From assembly GCA_044356455.1 (NCBI GenBank), contig JBIKWF010000077.1:1-20755 (forward strand): 20,755 nucleotides of DNA, in the 5' to 3' direction. The DNA comes from Bdellovibrionota bacterium. GTDB lineage: Bacteria; Bdellovibrionota_C; UBA2361; JBGSMV01. Within the stretch, counting starts at the first letter, position 1. Every line of letters starts with the position of its first letter. Position numbers and translations under genes: made by a program. The notes under the pieces were generated by a model, which saw only the letters and a program-made list of their open reading frames with translations, searched no databases and was not told the origin of the DNA. This document shows positions 1 to 9,137 of the stretch, piece after piece.

Positions 1-87
1 CGAAAGGAGTGCCATGCGAAAGAGAAGCAGTATCACCACTACCAAGAGCCACTCTTTTACTTTCTCTTCTCGGGACTTAATTGCCAT
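1..87 (-). CDS. 5' end of a gene running off the window; N-terminal membrane anchor, possibly signal peptidase I-like
   Basis: ATG at 87-85 opens MAIKSREEKVKEWLLVVVILLLFRMALLS with no stop before the edge. It lies 32 bp downstream of the co-oriented response regulator. The basic-EW-hydrophobic-FR pattern resembles LepB N-termini, but only 29 codons are visible. Confidence 0.4.
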   Translation of the reverse strand, partial: MAIKSREEKVKEWLLVVVILLLFRMALLS

Positions 88-119
88 AGAGCACGCTCAG
101 AATAATAATCCCGCCCCGC

Positions 120-545
120 TTAGCGATTGGTAGAGGAAGGTCCGCTGTGAGCGATAAGACCTAACCTTTCTAGAGTCATGATAAGTCGTTTTCTTTCTAT
201 CGGCTTTACAAGGTACTGGGTGCAACCACTCGCGTGCGCATCGTAGACCGTGAGGGCATCATCAACGGCAGTCGTCATGATAACCTTGACTCTGCTCTCC
301 TCTGGAATTTGAAGAGTCTCAGACTCGTAGGCTCGAATTGAACTCAAACATTCTGTTCCTGAAGCTTGTGGCATCATTACGTCGAGCGTAATCAGGTCGA
401 AGGGCATTTTTGCGTCGGCTGCTTCACAAAAAAGATCGTAACCCTCCTGCCCATTATTCGCCACCACGCACTCTGCGTACTTCTCAAGCATCTTCTTGAG
501 TAGCTTCTGCGAAAGCGGGTCATCTTCTACTATGAGAAATCTCAT
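120..545 (-). CDS. Single-domain CheY-like response regulator
   Basis: All canonical receiver residues present: LIVEDD acidic pocket, DLITLDVMMP phospho-Asp, MTTA, YLVKP. Confidence 0.93.
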   Translation of the reverse strand: MRFLIVEDDPLSQKLLKKMLEKYAECVVANNGQEGYDLFCEAADAKMPFDLITLDVMMPQASGTECLSSIRAYESETLQIPEESRVKVIMTTAVDDALTVYDAHASGCTQYLVKPIERKRLIMTLERLGLIAHSGPSSTNR

Positions 546-595
546 CGAGGTCCTTCTGTCTCAAAACGGCACCTTCAGCCTGCCGTTCGAGGTAT

Positions 596-622
596 TAGTC
601 GGCAGGCCAACAGGCCCGCTTA
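596..622 (-). promoter_or_regulatory. Candidate sigma-28 (FliA) promoter for the CheY-like gene
   Basis: Minus strand TAAG-N15-GCCGACTA versus consensus TAAA-N15-GCCGATAA, about 50 bp upstream of the ATG. Confidence 0.55.
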
Positions 623-675
623 AGAAGGATCTCCCCAATAGAACGAGGTTCCACAGAATCACGAAGTAAGTGCTT

Positions 676-702
676 ATGAAGCCACTATACCTAAGCCGAT
701 AA
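676..702 (+). promoter_or_regulatory. Candidate sigma-28 promoter for the pseudo-receiver gene
   Basis: Perfect GCCGATAA at 695-702, 19 bp before ATG 722. The -35 match is weak (ATGAAG at 676-681). Confidence 0.45.
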
Positions 703-721
703 GAAGATTAAGGATCGAGCC

Positions 722-1489
722 ATGGCTTCCTCTCCTTTGTCCCAAACCCTCATGATGACCGAGCACCAGCGGCGCGGCGCAAGCATGCTTATCGTCGAGC
801 CCGTCGAGGCCGAACGTCCTATCGCGCACAATGCGGTACAGGCACTGCGATTCGGAGGCGTAAGCATCACTGATACTTACCTCAATGCCCTTGAGCGATT
901 TCGAGAACGACGCTTCACTCATGTGCTGTTTAGCACCGCAGAGGCATCAATGCCCGGCCCGGCGTTTGTGACCAAGCTTCTTGAGTACGACCCACGGATC
1001 ATTGCAGTACCCTGTTCACGAGACCCTCGCACGGAGCAAGTTTTTGAACTTCTTCAAGCGGGAGCGCGTGGATTCATCGTAAAGCCTTTCACACATGAGA
1101 TGCTTGATTTGGGAATTTCTCACGCAACAAACGGGGAACCGATATCTGACGTCGTATTACAAGCCAAGGATCGGAATGAAGCATTCGCGGCGCTCATCGC
1201 GGGGTGTTTAGACAGACTCGCCGTTGCACTACGCCAAGGGCGCCAATATGACGGAGCGAAAAGAGAGGCTGCAAGGCTTCAAGAGGCGCTGCAGAATACG
1301 GTCCGACTCGCGAATATGTTTTGCCAGGGTGGCCCCGAGCGATTCTCAAAGGATCTTGAAACTTTTATGATTAAGATTGGGGGCGGCCCTGCAAGCCGTC
1401 TCGGCCGCTTACGTCGCAAGCTCAAGACTCAGCGCAAGCAAAGCCCGGATGCTGAGCAGCCCGCCGATGAAGAACCCGGGGAGGAATAG
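722..1489 (+). CDS. Atypical response regulator: pseudo-receiver domain plus helical C-terminal domain
   Basis: Receiver-like MLIVEP...THVLFSTAEASMPG...LLQAGARGFIVKPFT. Ser appears to occupy the phospho-Asp position. The C-terminal half is not recognised. Confidence 0.75.
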   Translation: MASSPLSQTLMMTEHQRRGASMLIVEPVEAERPIAHNAVQALRFGGVSITDTYLNALERFRERRFTHVLFSTAEASMPGPAFVTKLLEYDPRIIAVPCSRDPRTEQVFELLQAGARGFIVKPFTHEMLDLGISHATNGEPISDVVLQAKDRNEAFAALIAGCLDRLAVALRQGRQYDGAKREAARLQEALQNTVRLANMFCQGGPERFSKDLETFMIKIGGGPASRLGRLRRKLKTQRKQSPDAEQPADEEPGEE

Positions 1490-1508
1490 ACCGGCGCCTC
1501 GCATTCTC

Positions 1509-2261
1509 TCATACCGAGAAGCGAGCAAGCACGGGAGCATGATCAGATATGCTTCTCCAGGGTGGCCCCTTCAATACACGCGCATCAATAAGCGTAAGCC
1601 CCCTAAAATAGATCCTATCAAGTTTTAATACGGGCAGTTTGCTGGGAAAGGTGGGGGCATGTCGCCCTTTCAGGCTCAGAAATACCTCATCTAGGCCACT
1701 TTCTCGGCTAAGTTTGCTACTCGCCCTCTCAGACCAATCATTAAAATCTCCTGCCACAATGATAGGCTCTTCAGGCTTTGTGCTCTCTTCAAGTAGGCGC
1801 GCAAGCCTCTCAATCTGAATCTCTCTGCCCCGTGCGGTAAGTCCAAAGTGTATACAAAAGAGATGGAGATCTCTACGTACTCCCGGGAGATCAATGCGCG
1901 CGTGCAGAATTCCCCGCTGCTCGAATCTATGCGCTGACACGTCGACATTTCGCCAACTCCTTACGGGAAATTTACTGAGAATCCCGTTCCCATGGTGGCC
2001 ATGTTTGGTAGAGGCGTTTTGGCCGTATACCGCGTGCGGCCATTCTGATCGTGCGATGAATTCAAGCTGCGGCAACGCTGGCCAGGCTTTCACACGAGCT
2101 GCATGTCTGGCATGGGCCCCGATAACTTCCTGGAGAAAAACAATCGAGGGGTTTTCTGCATGGAGTGCAGTGCGGATACGCTCTAAGGTAAAAGCCCTCA
2201 CACTAGGAGAAAACCCCTTGTGGATGTTATACGTCATGATCGACATCTCGATCTCGCTCAT
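1509..2261 (-). CDS. Endonuclease/exonuclease/phosphatase family protein (YbhP-like)
   Basis: TYNIHKG, LQEV, GNGILS, AGDFND, LDRIY and SDHAP motifs; adjacent to clsB. Confidence 0.92.
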   Translation of the reverse strand: MSEIEMSIMTYNIHKGFSPSVRAFTLERIRTALHAENPSIVFLQEVIGAHARHAARVKAWPALPQLEFIARSEWPHAVYGQNASTKHGHHGNGILSKFPVRSWRNVDVSAHRFEQRGILHARIDLPGVRRDLHLFCIHFGLTARGREIQIERLARLLEESTKPEEPIIVAGDFNDWSERASSKLSRESGLDEVFLSLKGRHAPTFPSKLPVLKLDRIYFRGLTLIDARVLKGPPWRSISDHAPVLARFSV

Positions 2262-2273
2262 TCCAGCTCCTTC

Positions 2274-3443
2274 CTACAAGAAAGATCTAAGACGAAGCAT
2301 GAGCCTACTCGCCATGCGCACCCAAAGTGGTCTCTCGCGATAGTCCTGCTCGGTTACTAACCTACTCTCTCGCAAATCTACTTCATACTGCTGAGAGAGC
2401 GCCGCAAGCGAGGAGTGCTGCCGCAGAACCACGTCAACCTCAAGGTCTCGCATGAGGCTACGATGATTCATGTTACTCGAGCCCACAATGGCCCAGGAGT
2501 CTCCTTGAATGGTCTTCGCATGTAAGATGCGCGGCTGATACTCGAACACTTTCGCACCTGCTCGAATAAGCCCTTGATATAACGCACTCGCGACCCATGG
2601 CATAAAGAAGACATCCGACCGCCGCGGCACGAGGACCCGAACATCTACCCCGCGCTTCGAAGCTGACGAGAGTGCCTTTAAGAGAGTGCCTGGTGGGACG
2701 AAGTAGGCGCTGGTCACCCAAAGCTTCTCTTTGCAATCTGCTATGCGCGAGAGGAGCAGCCGGTAGTTCTTCTTTCTGTTTCTTCTTAGCGAGTTTACTA
2801 AGACATCCTCGCGGGCAAACAGCGGCTTCTGTTTTCCAATTTCACGAAAGAGTCTCCGCATGCGCCCTTGTCCGCGTTCCCAAATGATTTCAAAGGAGAG
2901 TAATAAATCAGCAAGGCCGGGGCCCTCTACAAGAAGACCATTGTCTCGCCATGCCTCGCTGCCAGAAATTGATTCCAAATGAACGACCCACACATTCATC
3001 CCGCCTAGGAATGCATGCTGACCATCAACCACCAGAAGTTTGCGGTGGTTCCGCGTGTTTATGCGCCTTATAAGCTCCCCGAAAGACTGTAGCCTTTCGG
3101 CATAACGAGAGTTTCCTCCCCACTTTGCCCAAGGCGGCTCATTAAAGATGTGAAATTGCACCCCCGCGCTTTGTAGTTCAGAGGCATAGGCGCCTTTCCA
3201 TCCGGGAGATCCAATCCCATCTACCACCACTCGCACGGAAACGCCGCGCCCAGCTGCTGAAACTAGGGCCTCTATCACCCTTTTTCCGAGCGCATCCGTA
3301 GCAAAAATATACGCTTCAAGCACGACCGAAGACCTGGCCTGAGCTATCGCGCTTATGCCAGCGCCAAAAAAATCATCGCCTGAGAAAAAAAGTTGTTCTC
3401 TAGTCCAGGTGCTACTCGCCCGTGAGTCGTCTGGGATTGTCAT
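2274..3443 (-). CDS. clsB: Cardiolipin synthase B-like phospholipase D
   Basis: Two HKD motifs (RNHRKLLVVD, LHAKTIQGD), GGMN and GSSN, SAYFVP; paired with a YbhP-like gene. Confidence 0.88.
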   Translation of the reverse strand: MTIPDDSRASSTWTREQLFFSGDDFFGAGISAIAQARSSVVLEAYIFATDALGKRVIEALVSAAGRGVSVRVVVDGIGSPGWKGAYASELQSAGVQFHIFNEPPWAKWGGNSRYAERLQSFGELIRRINTRNHRKLLVVDGQHAFLGGMNVWVVHLESISGSEAWRDNGLLVEGPGLADLLLSFEIIWERGQGRMRRLFREIGKQKPLFAREDVLVNSLRRNRKKNYRLLLSRIADCKEKLWVTSAYFVPPGTLLKALSSASKRGVDVRVLVPRRSDVFFMPWVASALYQGLIRAGAKVFEYQPRILHAKTIQGDSWAIVGSSNMNHRSLMRDLEVDVVLRQHSSLAALSQQYEVDLRESRLVTEQDYRERPLWVRMASRLMLRLRSFL

Positions 3444-3541
3444 AAAAGCCTACCCCCGCAAGTAGTGTGCGCCTTCAAGAGGGAGACAACAATAAGCAGG
3501 GCATACTGGGCAGTTCGCCTGTGAGTAGCAGGCGGTGTTTC

Positions 3542-3568
3542 GGCTCCTTGAGGACACGGAGCCCTACC
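3542..3568 (-). repeat. REP-like hairpin, GTAG-foot family, copy A
   Basis: Minus strand GGTAG-GGCTCCGTG-TCCT-CAAGGAGCC; homologous to 14728-14754 and 14823-14849. Confidence 0.75.
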
Positions 3569-3576
3569 AAGAATTT

Positions 3577-3713
3577 CCAGTGAACCTCTGGAGAAACTCC
3601 ACTTTTAATACACCTCTGTGTACCTCTGCGTCCTCTGTGGTGAAATTTCATCAAGGAATTCAACTCAGAGGACGCAGAGGTACACAGAGGTGATTTTTCC
3701 AGAGGTTCCCTAG
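3577..3713. mobile_element. MITE-like nested palindromic element, copy 1
   Basis: Outer IR GAACCTCTGGA (3582-3592) / TCCAGAGGTTC (3698-3708). Perfect 27-bp inner IR at 3611-3637 / 3666-3692. The right flank CTAG contains the stop codon of the dienelactone hydrolase. Confidence 0.8.
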
Positions 3714-4504
3714 CAGCACGCCGAGTGGGCGGGTCCTTTTGGCACATTTGAGAACGCGCCATCCCCATCTCTAAGTCGGCGCGAAAAGAGCGCCAGAACG
3801 AGTTGCCAGCAAAGCGCTGATAACTCGGGGTCATAGCGATGCCCCTCATCACGCATAAAAGCGTGCTGGCCATTAAATTCATGCCACGTAAAGGTGGTAT
3901 TTGCCTCAGTGAGCCGCTGATATAAGAGTGCGCGTCCCTCCGCGGGAATATGAGGATCTTGTCTGCCCCAGATCATGAGAAGCTCACCTTTAATCTCCGG
4001 GATGCGATCGAGTGAATTGTCATTCATCCCTTTGCCAAGACTGCGCTTATGAATGTCAGTGGCATAGAAGCACGCGGAGGCACGAACCCCCTCGTGCATC
4101 GCCGCCCGAAACGCGAGGTGACCTCCAATACAAATTCCAATAGCTCCCACAGTACCCGTGCACGCGGGATGCTGACGAAGATGCAGAAGAACCGCTGCGC
4201 AATCATCATCATAGCTCTGCAAAGTCTTCGCTATCTTATCAGAATTGCCCTTGTCCGTGCCGGCCTTGTCATAGGGGAGCACGGTTCCAAGAGGATTCAG
4301 CTCATGAAAAATTTCGGGAACCGCTACCACATACCCTTGCCCGGCGAGGAACATGGCTGAGCGCTTAATGGGTCCCGTTTGCTGAAAAATCTCGGAGAAG
4401 AAAACAACTCCTGGGTATTTTCCGCCGGCTACTGGGCGATACACATAGGTACGCATCAAGCCGAGAGGGGTTGAGAGATCAATTTGTTCTTCTTGTATAA
4501 TCAC
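3710..4504 (-). CDS. Dienelactone hydrolase family protein
   Basis: GxCxGG nucleophile elbow (GICIGG), SEIFQ, QDPHIP, HAFMRD; GTG start with upstream GGAGAG. Confidence 0.92.
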   Translation of the reverse strand: MIIQEEQIDLSTPLGLMRTYVYRPVAGGKYPGVVFFSEIFQQTGPIKRSAMFLAGQGYVVAVPEIFHELNPLGTVLPYDKAGTDKGNSDKIAKTLQSYDDDCAAVLLHLRQHPACTGTVGAIGICIGGHLAFRAAMHEGVRASACFYATDIHKRSLGKGMNDNSLDRIPEIKGELLMIWGRQDPHIPAEGRALLYQRLTEANTTFTWHEFNGQHAFMRDEGHRYDPELSALCWQLVLALFSRRLRDGDGAFSNVPKGPAHSACC

Positions 4505-4783
4505 CGTTACGCTCTCCTAGGACCTAGTGCCATAACTACTGTGGCAATGACCAAATCATTTCTACCAGTTCATGCCCATTTGTCACTCTTTATCAAGGCG
4601 AAGCATTTGGCCCCCCATTGCACTTTACCAACTAACCATTTATCCGGAAGATAACCTCCTAACGCGCTGCGCAGGCATCGACTCTACAGCTATCATTAGC
4701 GGCTAAATCCCTTTTTTAAGTTGCGTTTCCAAGCCGACCACTGGCAGACTGACAATCCGTACGCTCCAAGACTTTTTCATCCA

Positions 4784-5380
4784 ATGCCCAATCTCCCCAT
4801 TTCACATTGGCTTGTCGTTCTAAGCGCACTACTCAGTGTCTGCGGCGCCGCTGCATACATTCGCGACACGCTCTCGGGCAAAACGACCCCGAACAGAGTT
4901 TCTTGGTCAATGTGGGCCCTTGCTCCCCTTATTGGCACGGGAGCAGCCATTGCCTCAGGCGCTGACTTTTGGGCTACCTTCAGAATATTTCTAGCTGGAT
5001 TTTTGCCTCTTTTGGTTTTCATCGCTTCCTTCGTTAACCCAAAGAGCTTCTGGAATCTCACTGCTTTCGATATTGCATGTGGCAGCTTCTCCCTACTTGC
5101 GCTGATTGTTTGGGGAGCGGTGGACTCTCCGCGGGCCGCCGTTCTGCTCGCGGCACTAGGCGATGGGTTTGCTTCCATCCCGACGATTGTCAAAGCCTGG
5201 AAATATCCAGAGACAGAAACGGGCGTCACGTATCTTGCGAGCCTCGCAAGTGTAGTGCTCGTGATTCCATCAATTCCTGTGTGGAATATTGAGAACTCTG
5301 CTTTTCAGGTTTATTTGCTCGTGGTGAATATACTACTTTTGATAGCGGTATACAGAAGTCGTCTTGGCTTTTTTAAATGA
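4784..5380 (+). CDS. Multi-pass membrane protein of unknown function (PQ-loop-like features)
   Basis: About 6-7 hydrophobic segments; YIRDTLSGKTTPNRVSW and IPTIVKAWKYPETE resemble duplicated PQ-loop-like segments. ATG 4784 chosen over TTG 4721; start uncertain. Confidence 0.7.
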   Translation: MPNLPISHWLVVLSALLSVCGAAAYIRDTLSGKTTPNRVSWSMWALAPLIGTGAAIASGADFWATFRIFLAGFLPLLVFIASFVNPKSFWNLTAFDIACGSFSLLALIVWGAVDSPRAAVLLAALGDGFASIPTIVKAWKYPETETGVTYLASLASVVLVIPSIPVWNIENSAFQVYLLVVNILLLIAVYRSRLGFFK

Positions 5381-6099
5381 GTGGAGCTATGTCCATTCCT
5401 CCTCTGCATCTTTTTCCTGCGCTCGTTCAATGTCGTTTTAAAAATGTAAATCTCGACAGAGCAGCGAGGGAGAGACAACAAGAGCTTCCACGGCTGAGCA
5501 GCCCCGTCTGCTTGAACCCCTTTCTTGACCCCGTAGTATGCGAGGGATGGATAAAAAAGTTGGCATTAGAGCACGATTGCGATTTTACCTATGGGGGCTA
5601 TCTAGAAGATCGCCGCTTTCTTTGGGCCACCAGCTATCTCGACAGCACCAAGGCCTTTCTGCACCTGGGAGTTGACTTCAATTTGCCCTACGGGACTGAA
5701 GTAGCAGCGCTTTTTGACGGAGAAGTCGTCAGAGTTGATGATGATTTGGACCAGGAAGGTGGTTGGGGTCCGCGCGTAATAATAAGGCCAGATAATTCTT
5801 CGGGTCTGTCCCGTCCAGTTTGTATCTTTGCTCATTTAACCACACCTCAGGTTAGAGTGGGGGATCGGATTAAAGCTGGCTCTGTGATTGCCGCTGTTGG
5901 AAAGGCTCCCCTTAACGGAAATTGGTTTCCACACTTGCATGTTCAAACAGTCGAGGAGAAACACTTTTCATCGCTTCTGCAAGACGGCCTCAGGAGTCTT
6001 GATGGTTATGGAAGTGAGAATTCGCGCGCTGATTTGCTCACTAGGTTTCCCAATCCGCTCCAATTTGATTGGTTAGTGGGCTCCCTTTTCTGTTCGTAG
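5377..6099 (+). CDS. M23 family metallopeptidase
   Basis: HLGVD (HxxxD), FAHL, VRVGDRIKAG, NGNWFPHLH (HxH). The start overlaps or abuts the upstream stop. Confidence 0.85.
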   Translation: MSGAMSIPPLHLFPALVQCRFKNVNLDRAARERQQELPRLSSPVCLNPFLDPVVCEGWIKKLALEHDCDFTYGGYLEDRRFLWATSYLDSTKAFLHLGVDFNLPYGTEVAALFDGEVVRVDDDLDQEGGWGPRVIIRPDNSSGLSRPVCIFAHLTTPQVRVGDRIKAGSVIAAVGKAPLNGNWFPHLHVQTVEEKHFSSLLQDGLRSLDGYGSENSRADLLTRFPNPLQFDWLVGSLFCS

Positions 6100-6136
6100 C
6101 TGGTGCTATTGCTCGTTAGGACATCGAGCCTGACAA

Positions 6137-6273
6137 TTAGGGGACCTCTAGAAAACTCACCTCTGTGTACCTCCGTGCCCTCTGTGGTGAATTACTTCAT
6201 GAAAATTCACCACAGAGTGCTCAGAGGGACACAGAGGTGAATATAAAATGAGGGGGTTTCAGAGTTTCCTTAA
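6137..6273. mobile_element. MITE-like nested palindromic element, copy 2 (opposite orientation to copy 1)
   Basis: TTAG|GGGACCTCTAGAAAAC...GTTTCAGAGTTTCC|TTAA. Inner arms CACCTCTGTGTACCTCCGTGCCCTCTGTGGTGAATT / AATTCACCACAGAGTGCTCAGAGGGACACAGAGGTG. Confidence 0.8.
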
Positions 6274-6304
6274 ACGGAGCAAGCCGCCTACACCTGAGGC
6301 AGAG

Positions 6305-6331
6305 GAAACTTTCAATGCGGGCTTCCGATAA
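6305..6331 (+). promoter_or_regulatory. Candidate sigma-28 promoter for the muramidase gene
   Basis: GAAA-N15-TCCGATAA followed by an AAGGAG RBS and ATG 6352. Confidence 0.4.
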
Positions 6332-6351
6332 GGTCTCCAAAGGAGCCCTTT

Positions 6352-7056
6352 ATGCCCCCACCAAACTCTGTCTCAGGAACATCACCCCTCGCTCAGGCAA
6401 TTCATCAGGCACTCACTTGGCTTAGCACCACAGCGGACAACCCCGCACAAGGAGCACTCACGTGGCATGCCGAAGGCGTGTCTGATCCCTCAAGCCGCTA
6501 CTATTCTAGGAAAGCCCATGTTCCGTCGGCATCGTCGGGAATCACTATCGGCCGCGGGTACGATCTTAAGCAGCATTCAGAGGCTGAGATTCTTCGAGAC
6601 TTTACTGCATCGGGGCTTACTAAAGAGCAGGCCACTCTTTTCTCTTCGGTGAGACATTTAAGCGGAGAGGAGGCTCGCACCTTCATTGCACAGGCTGGTC
6701 TTCCCGAACTAAGTTCAGATCAAGAACAAGCCTTGTTTCAAATAAGCTGGGACTCTGCACTGAGGGATGTGCAGCGAATTAGCAATCAGCCTCTTGTAGT
6801 CCAAGCCTACGGCCAAATCGATTGGGCAACGATAGAACCAGCGGTTCGAGACTTGCTTGTCGATCTGCGCTACAGGGGCGACTATACTCCCCACACGCGC
6901 TCTCTCGTTCAAGCGGCGGCCGCCACGAACGACCTTGAAAGTTTGAGCGAAGTACTCAACAACAGAAAGCTTTGGCCTCAAGTTCCGCCGGATCGATTCG
7001 AGCGGCGAGCTCAACTGGCGTCACAGGCACTGCAATCACAAACTATTGATAGGTAA
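6352..7056 (+). CDS. Pesticin C-terminal-like muramidase (T4 lysozyme-like peptidoglycan hydrolase)
   Basis: LTWHAEG...YYSRKAHVPSASSGITIGRGYDL and LVDLRYRGDY motifs typical of pesticin-domain proteins; strong RBS. Confidence 0.8.
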   Translation: MPPPNSVSGTSPLAQAIHQALTWLSTTADNPAQGALTWHAEGVSDPSSRYYSRKAHVPSASSGITIGRGYDLKQHSEAEILRDFTASGLTKEQATLFSSVRHLSGEEARTFIAQAGLPELSSDQEQALFQISWDSALRDVQRISNQPLVVQAYGQIDWATIEPAVRDLLVDLRYRGDYTPHTRSLVQAAAATNDLESLSEVLNNRKLWPQVPPDRFERRAQLASQALQSQTIDR

Positions 7057-7182
7057 GCATTTTTTCGCACCATTCCGACCAAAAATTCGCGTTCAAGCCT
7101 TAACGGCTCGGCCTAAATCAGGTAAGCTCTGCCGCGAATCAGGCAGCCGCTTTGTCTGCCTTAGATTGCTGGAGAGTTAGAT

Positions 7183-9021
7183 ATGCAAGGTTTGGACGAC
7201 GGAAAAAAATTCACCAAGAATCAACGCCTCCTCAAGTGGGTTAATGAAATGGCAGAACTCTGCCAACCCGATAGCGTGCATTGGTGTGACGGATCGGAAG
7301 CAGAATACAACAAGCTTTGCGACACCTTGGTCAAAGCTGGCACGTTCCGCAAACTTAATCCTGATAAATGGCCGAATTGCTACGCAGCGAATTCCGATCC
7401 GCTTGATGTGGCCCGCGTCGAAGACCGCACCTTTATCTGCAGCCGTGTCCGTAACGATGCAGGCCCGACTAATAATTGGATGAACCCCAAAGAGATGCGA
7501 GTTACGCTGAACGGATTGTTCGCGGGCTGCATGAAGGGACGCACGATGTACATTGTGCCGTTTAGCATGGGTCCCCTTGGCTCGCACATTTCTCAGATTG
7601 GAATCGAGATCAGCGACTCCCCCTATGTTGCTTGCAACATGCGTATTATGACCCGCATGGGCAAGGCGGTGCTCGATGTGCTTGGTAATGGTGATTTCGT
7701 TCCCTGTATGCACTCGGTGGGCATGCCTCTTACCAATGGCAAAAAGGATGTCACTTGGCCCTGTAATAATGACCAAAAGTATATCGTTCATTTCCCGGAA
7801 GACCGTGAGATCTGGTCGTATGGCAGCGGCTACGGTGGAAATGCACTGCTAGGAAAGAAATGCCTCGCGCTCAGAATTGCCTCGGTCATGGCCCGGGATG
7901 AAGGCTGGCTCGCCGAGCACATGCTCATTCTTGGCATTGAATCCCCCGAAGGCAAAAAGACGTATGTAGCGGCGGCCTTCCCAAGCGCCTGCGGCAAAAC
8001 TAATTTTGCGATGCTCATTCCGCCCGCAAGCTACAAGGGCTGGAAAGTGTATACGGTGGGCGATGATATTGCGTGGTTAAAGCCTGGGCCTGACGGCAAG
8101 CTTTACGCCATAAATCCTGAAGCAGGATTCTTTGGTGTCGCGCCAGGAACTTCCGACAAATCCAATCCCAACGCGATGAAGTCGCTCGCGAAGAACTCCA
8201 TATTTACGAATGTGGCGCAAACTCCGGATGGCGGAGTGTGGTGGGAGGGAATGACAGAAACGCCTCCGCCCGAGCTCATCGATTGGCAAGGCAAGCCCTG
8301 GACCCCAGACTGCGGAAGAAAGGCTGCGCATGCGAACTCGCGCTTTACGGCTCCCGCATCCCAATGTCCAACTTTAGACCCTGACTGGGAAAAGCCCGAG
8401 GGCGTTCCGATTTCTGCCTTTATTTTTGGCGCGCGCCGAGAACACCTTGTGCCTCTAGTTACCCAGTCATTTAACTGGACGCACGGTGTCTATATCGCTG
8501 CAACCATGGGGTCTGAAACTACGGCAGCTGCGGCTGGCAAGCAGGGTGAGGTGCGACGAGATCCTTTTGCAATGCTGCCGTTCTGTGGCTACCACATGGG
8601 TGACTATTTCAACCATTGGCTCAATGTGGGTCGAACACTCGCGTATCCTCCGCGTATTTTCTTTGTGAACTGGTTCCGCAAAGACGATGGCAAGTTCCTG
8701 TGGCCTGGGTTTGGCGAGAACATGCGGGTATTGGAGTGGATTGTCTCAAGAGTATTGGGCAAGGGCTGCGCCGTCGAGAGCCCTGTCGGATGGATGCCCT
8801 GCTTTGAAGATTTCAACTGGCAAGGAAGCACCTTCTCACCGGAACAATTCGCCAAAGTAATGAAGGTTAATCGCGAAGACTGGAAGCGTGAGGTTCTCTC
8901 GCATGAAGAGCTCTTTATTAAGCTCTTCGATAGGCTTCCCAAAGAGTTCGTCCATGAGAAGCAACTTTTGCTCTCACGACTCTGGCGTTCACCGGAAACT
9001 TGGGAAACCCCACACGAGTAA
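7183..9021 (+). CDS. pckG: Phosphoenolpyruvate carboxykinase (GTP)
   Basis: [34 protein letters not shown] signature, [15 protein letters not shown]; 612 aa. Confidence 0.98.
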   Translation: MQGLDDGKKFTKNQRLLKWVNEMAELCQPDSVHWCDGSEAEYNKLCDTLVKAGTFRKLNPDKWPNCYAANSDPLDVARVEDRTFICSRVRNDAGPTNNWMNPKEMRVTLNGLFAGCMKGRTMYIVPFSMGPLGSHISQIGIEISDSPYVACNMRIMTRMGKAVLDVLGNGDFVPCMHSVGMPLTNGKKDVTWPCNNDQKYIVHFPEDREIWSYGSGYGGNALLGKKCLALRIASVMARDEGWLAEHMLILGIESPEGKKTYVAAAFPSACGKTNFAMLIPPASYKGWKVYTVGDDIAWLKPGPDGKLYAINPEAGFFGVAPGTSDKSNPNAMKSLAKNSIFTNVAQTPDGGVWWEGMTETPPPELIDWQGKPWTPDCGRKAAHANSRFTAPASQCPTLDPDWEKPEGVPISAFIFGARREHLVPLVTQSFNWTHGVYIAATMGSETTAAAAGKQGEVRRDPFAMLPFCGYHMGDYFNHWLNVGRTLAYPPRIFFVNWFRKDDGKFLWPGFGENMRVLEWIVSRVLGKGCAVESPVGWMPCFEDFNWQGSTFSPEQFAKVMKVNREDWKREVLSHEELFIKLFDRLPKEFVHEKQLLLSRLWRSPETWETPHE

Positions 9022-9135
9022 GCTTTGAAAAAGTCTGCTCTGTGAACTCTGTGCCCTCTGTGGTTGATTTAAAAGGTTGAAAAACCACAGAGGACACAGA
9101 GAGAAAAAATAAAGTAACGAGGTTTTTCACAGAAC
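9022..9135. repeat. Variant of the palindromic element (copy 3): same inner arms, different termini
   Basis: CTCTGTGCCCTCTGTGGTT (9047-9065) / AACCACAGAGGACACAGAG (9083-9101), one mismatch. Outer TGAAAAA (9026-9032) / TTTTTCA (9123-9129). Starts directly after the pckG stop. Confidence 0.7.
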
Positions 9136-9137
9136 TT

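Noticed and set aside
3461..3490. Possible degenerate partner REP (AGTAGTGTGCGCC...) for the copy at 3542-3568
   Set aside because: Only the GTAG foot matches; there is no recoverable stem.
3475..3882. 135-aa ORF here and the 70-aa ORF at 8918-9130
   Set aside because: Both are read through the palindromic elements and overlap real genes; no protein motifs.
4663..4690. CGCTGCGC...TCGACTCTAC resembling the group II intron terminus
   Set aside because: There is no domain V or pairable DVI 5' strand upstream; 8-10-nt matches are expected by chance.
7177..7791. 204-aa antisense ORF and other short ORFs nested in pckG, the RND gene, manA and fhs
   Set aside because: Shadow ORFs of well-supported genes, with no independent motifs.
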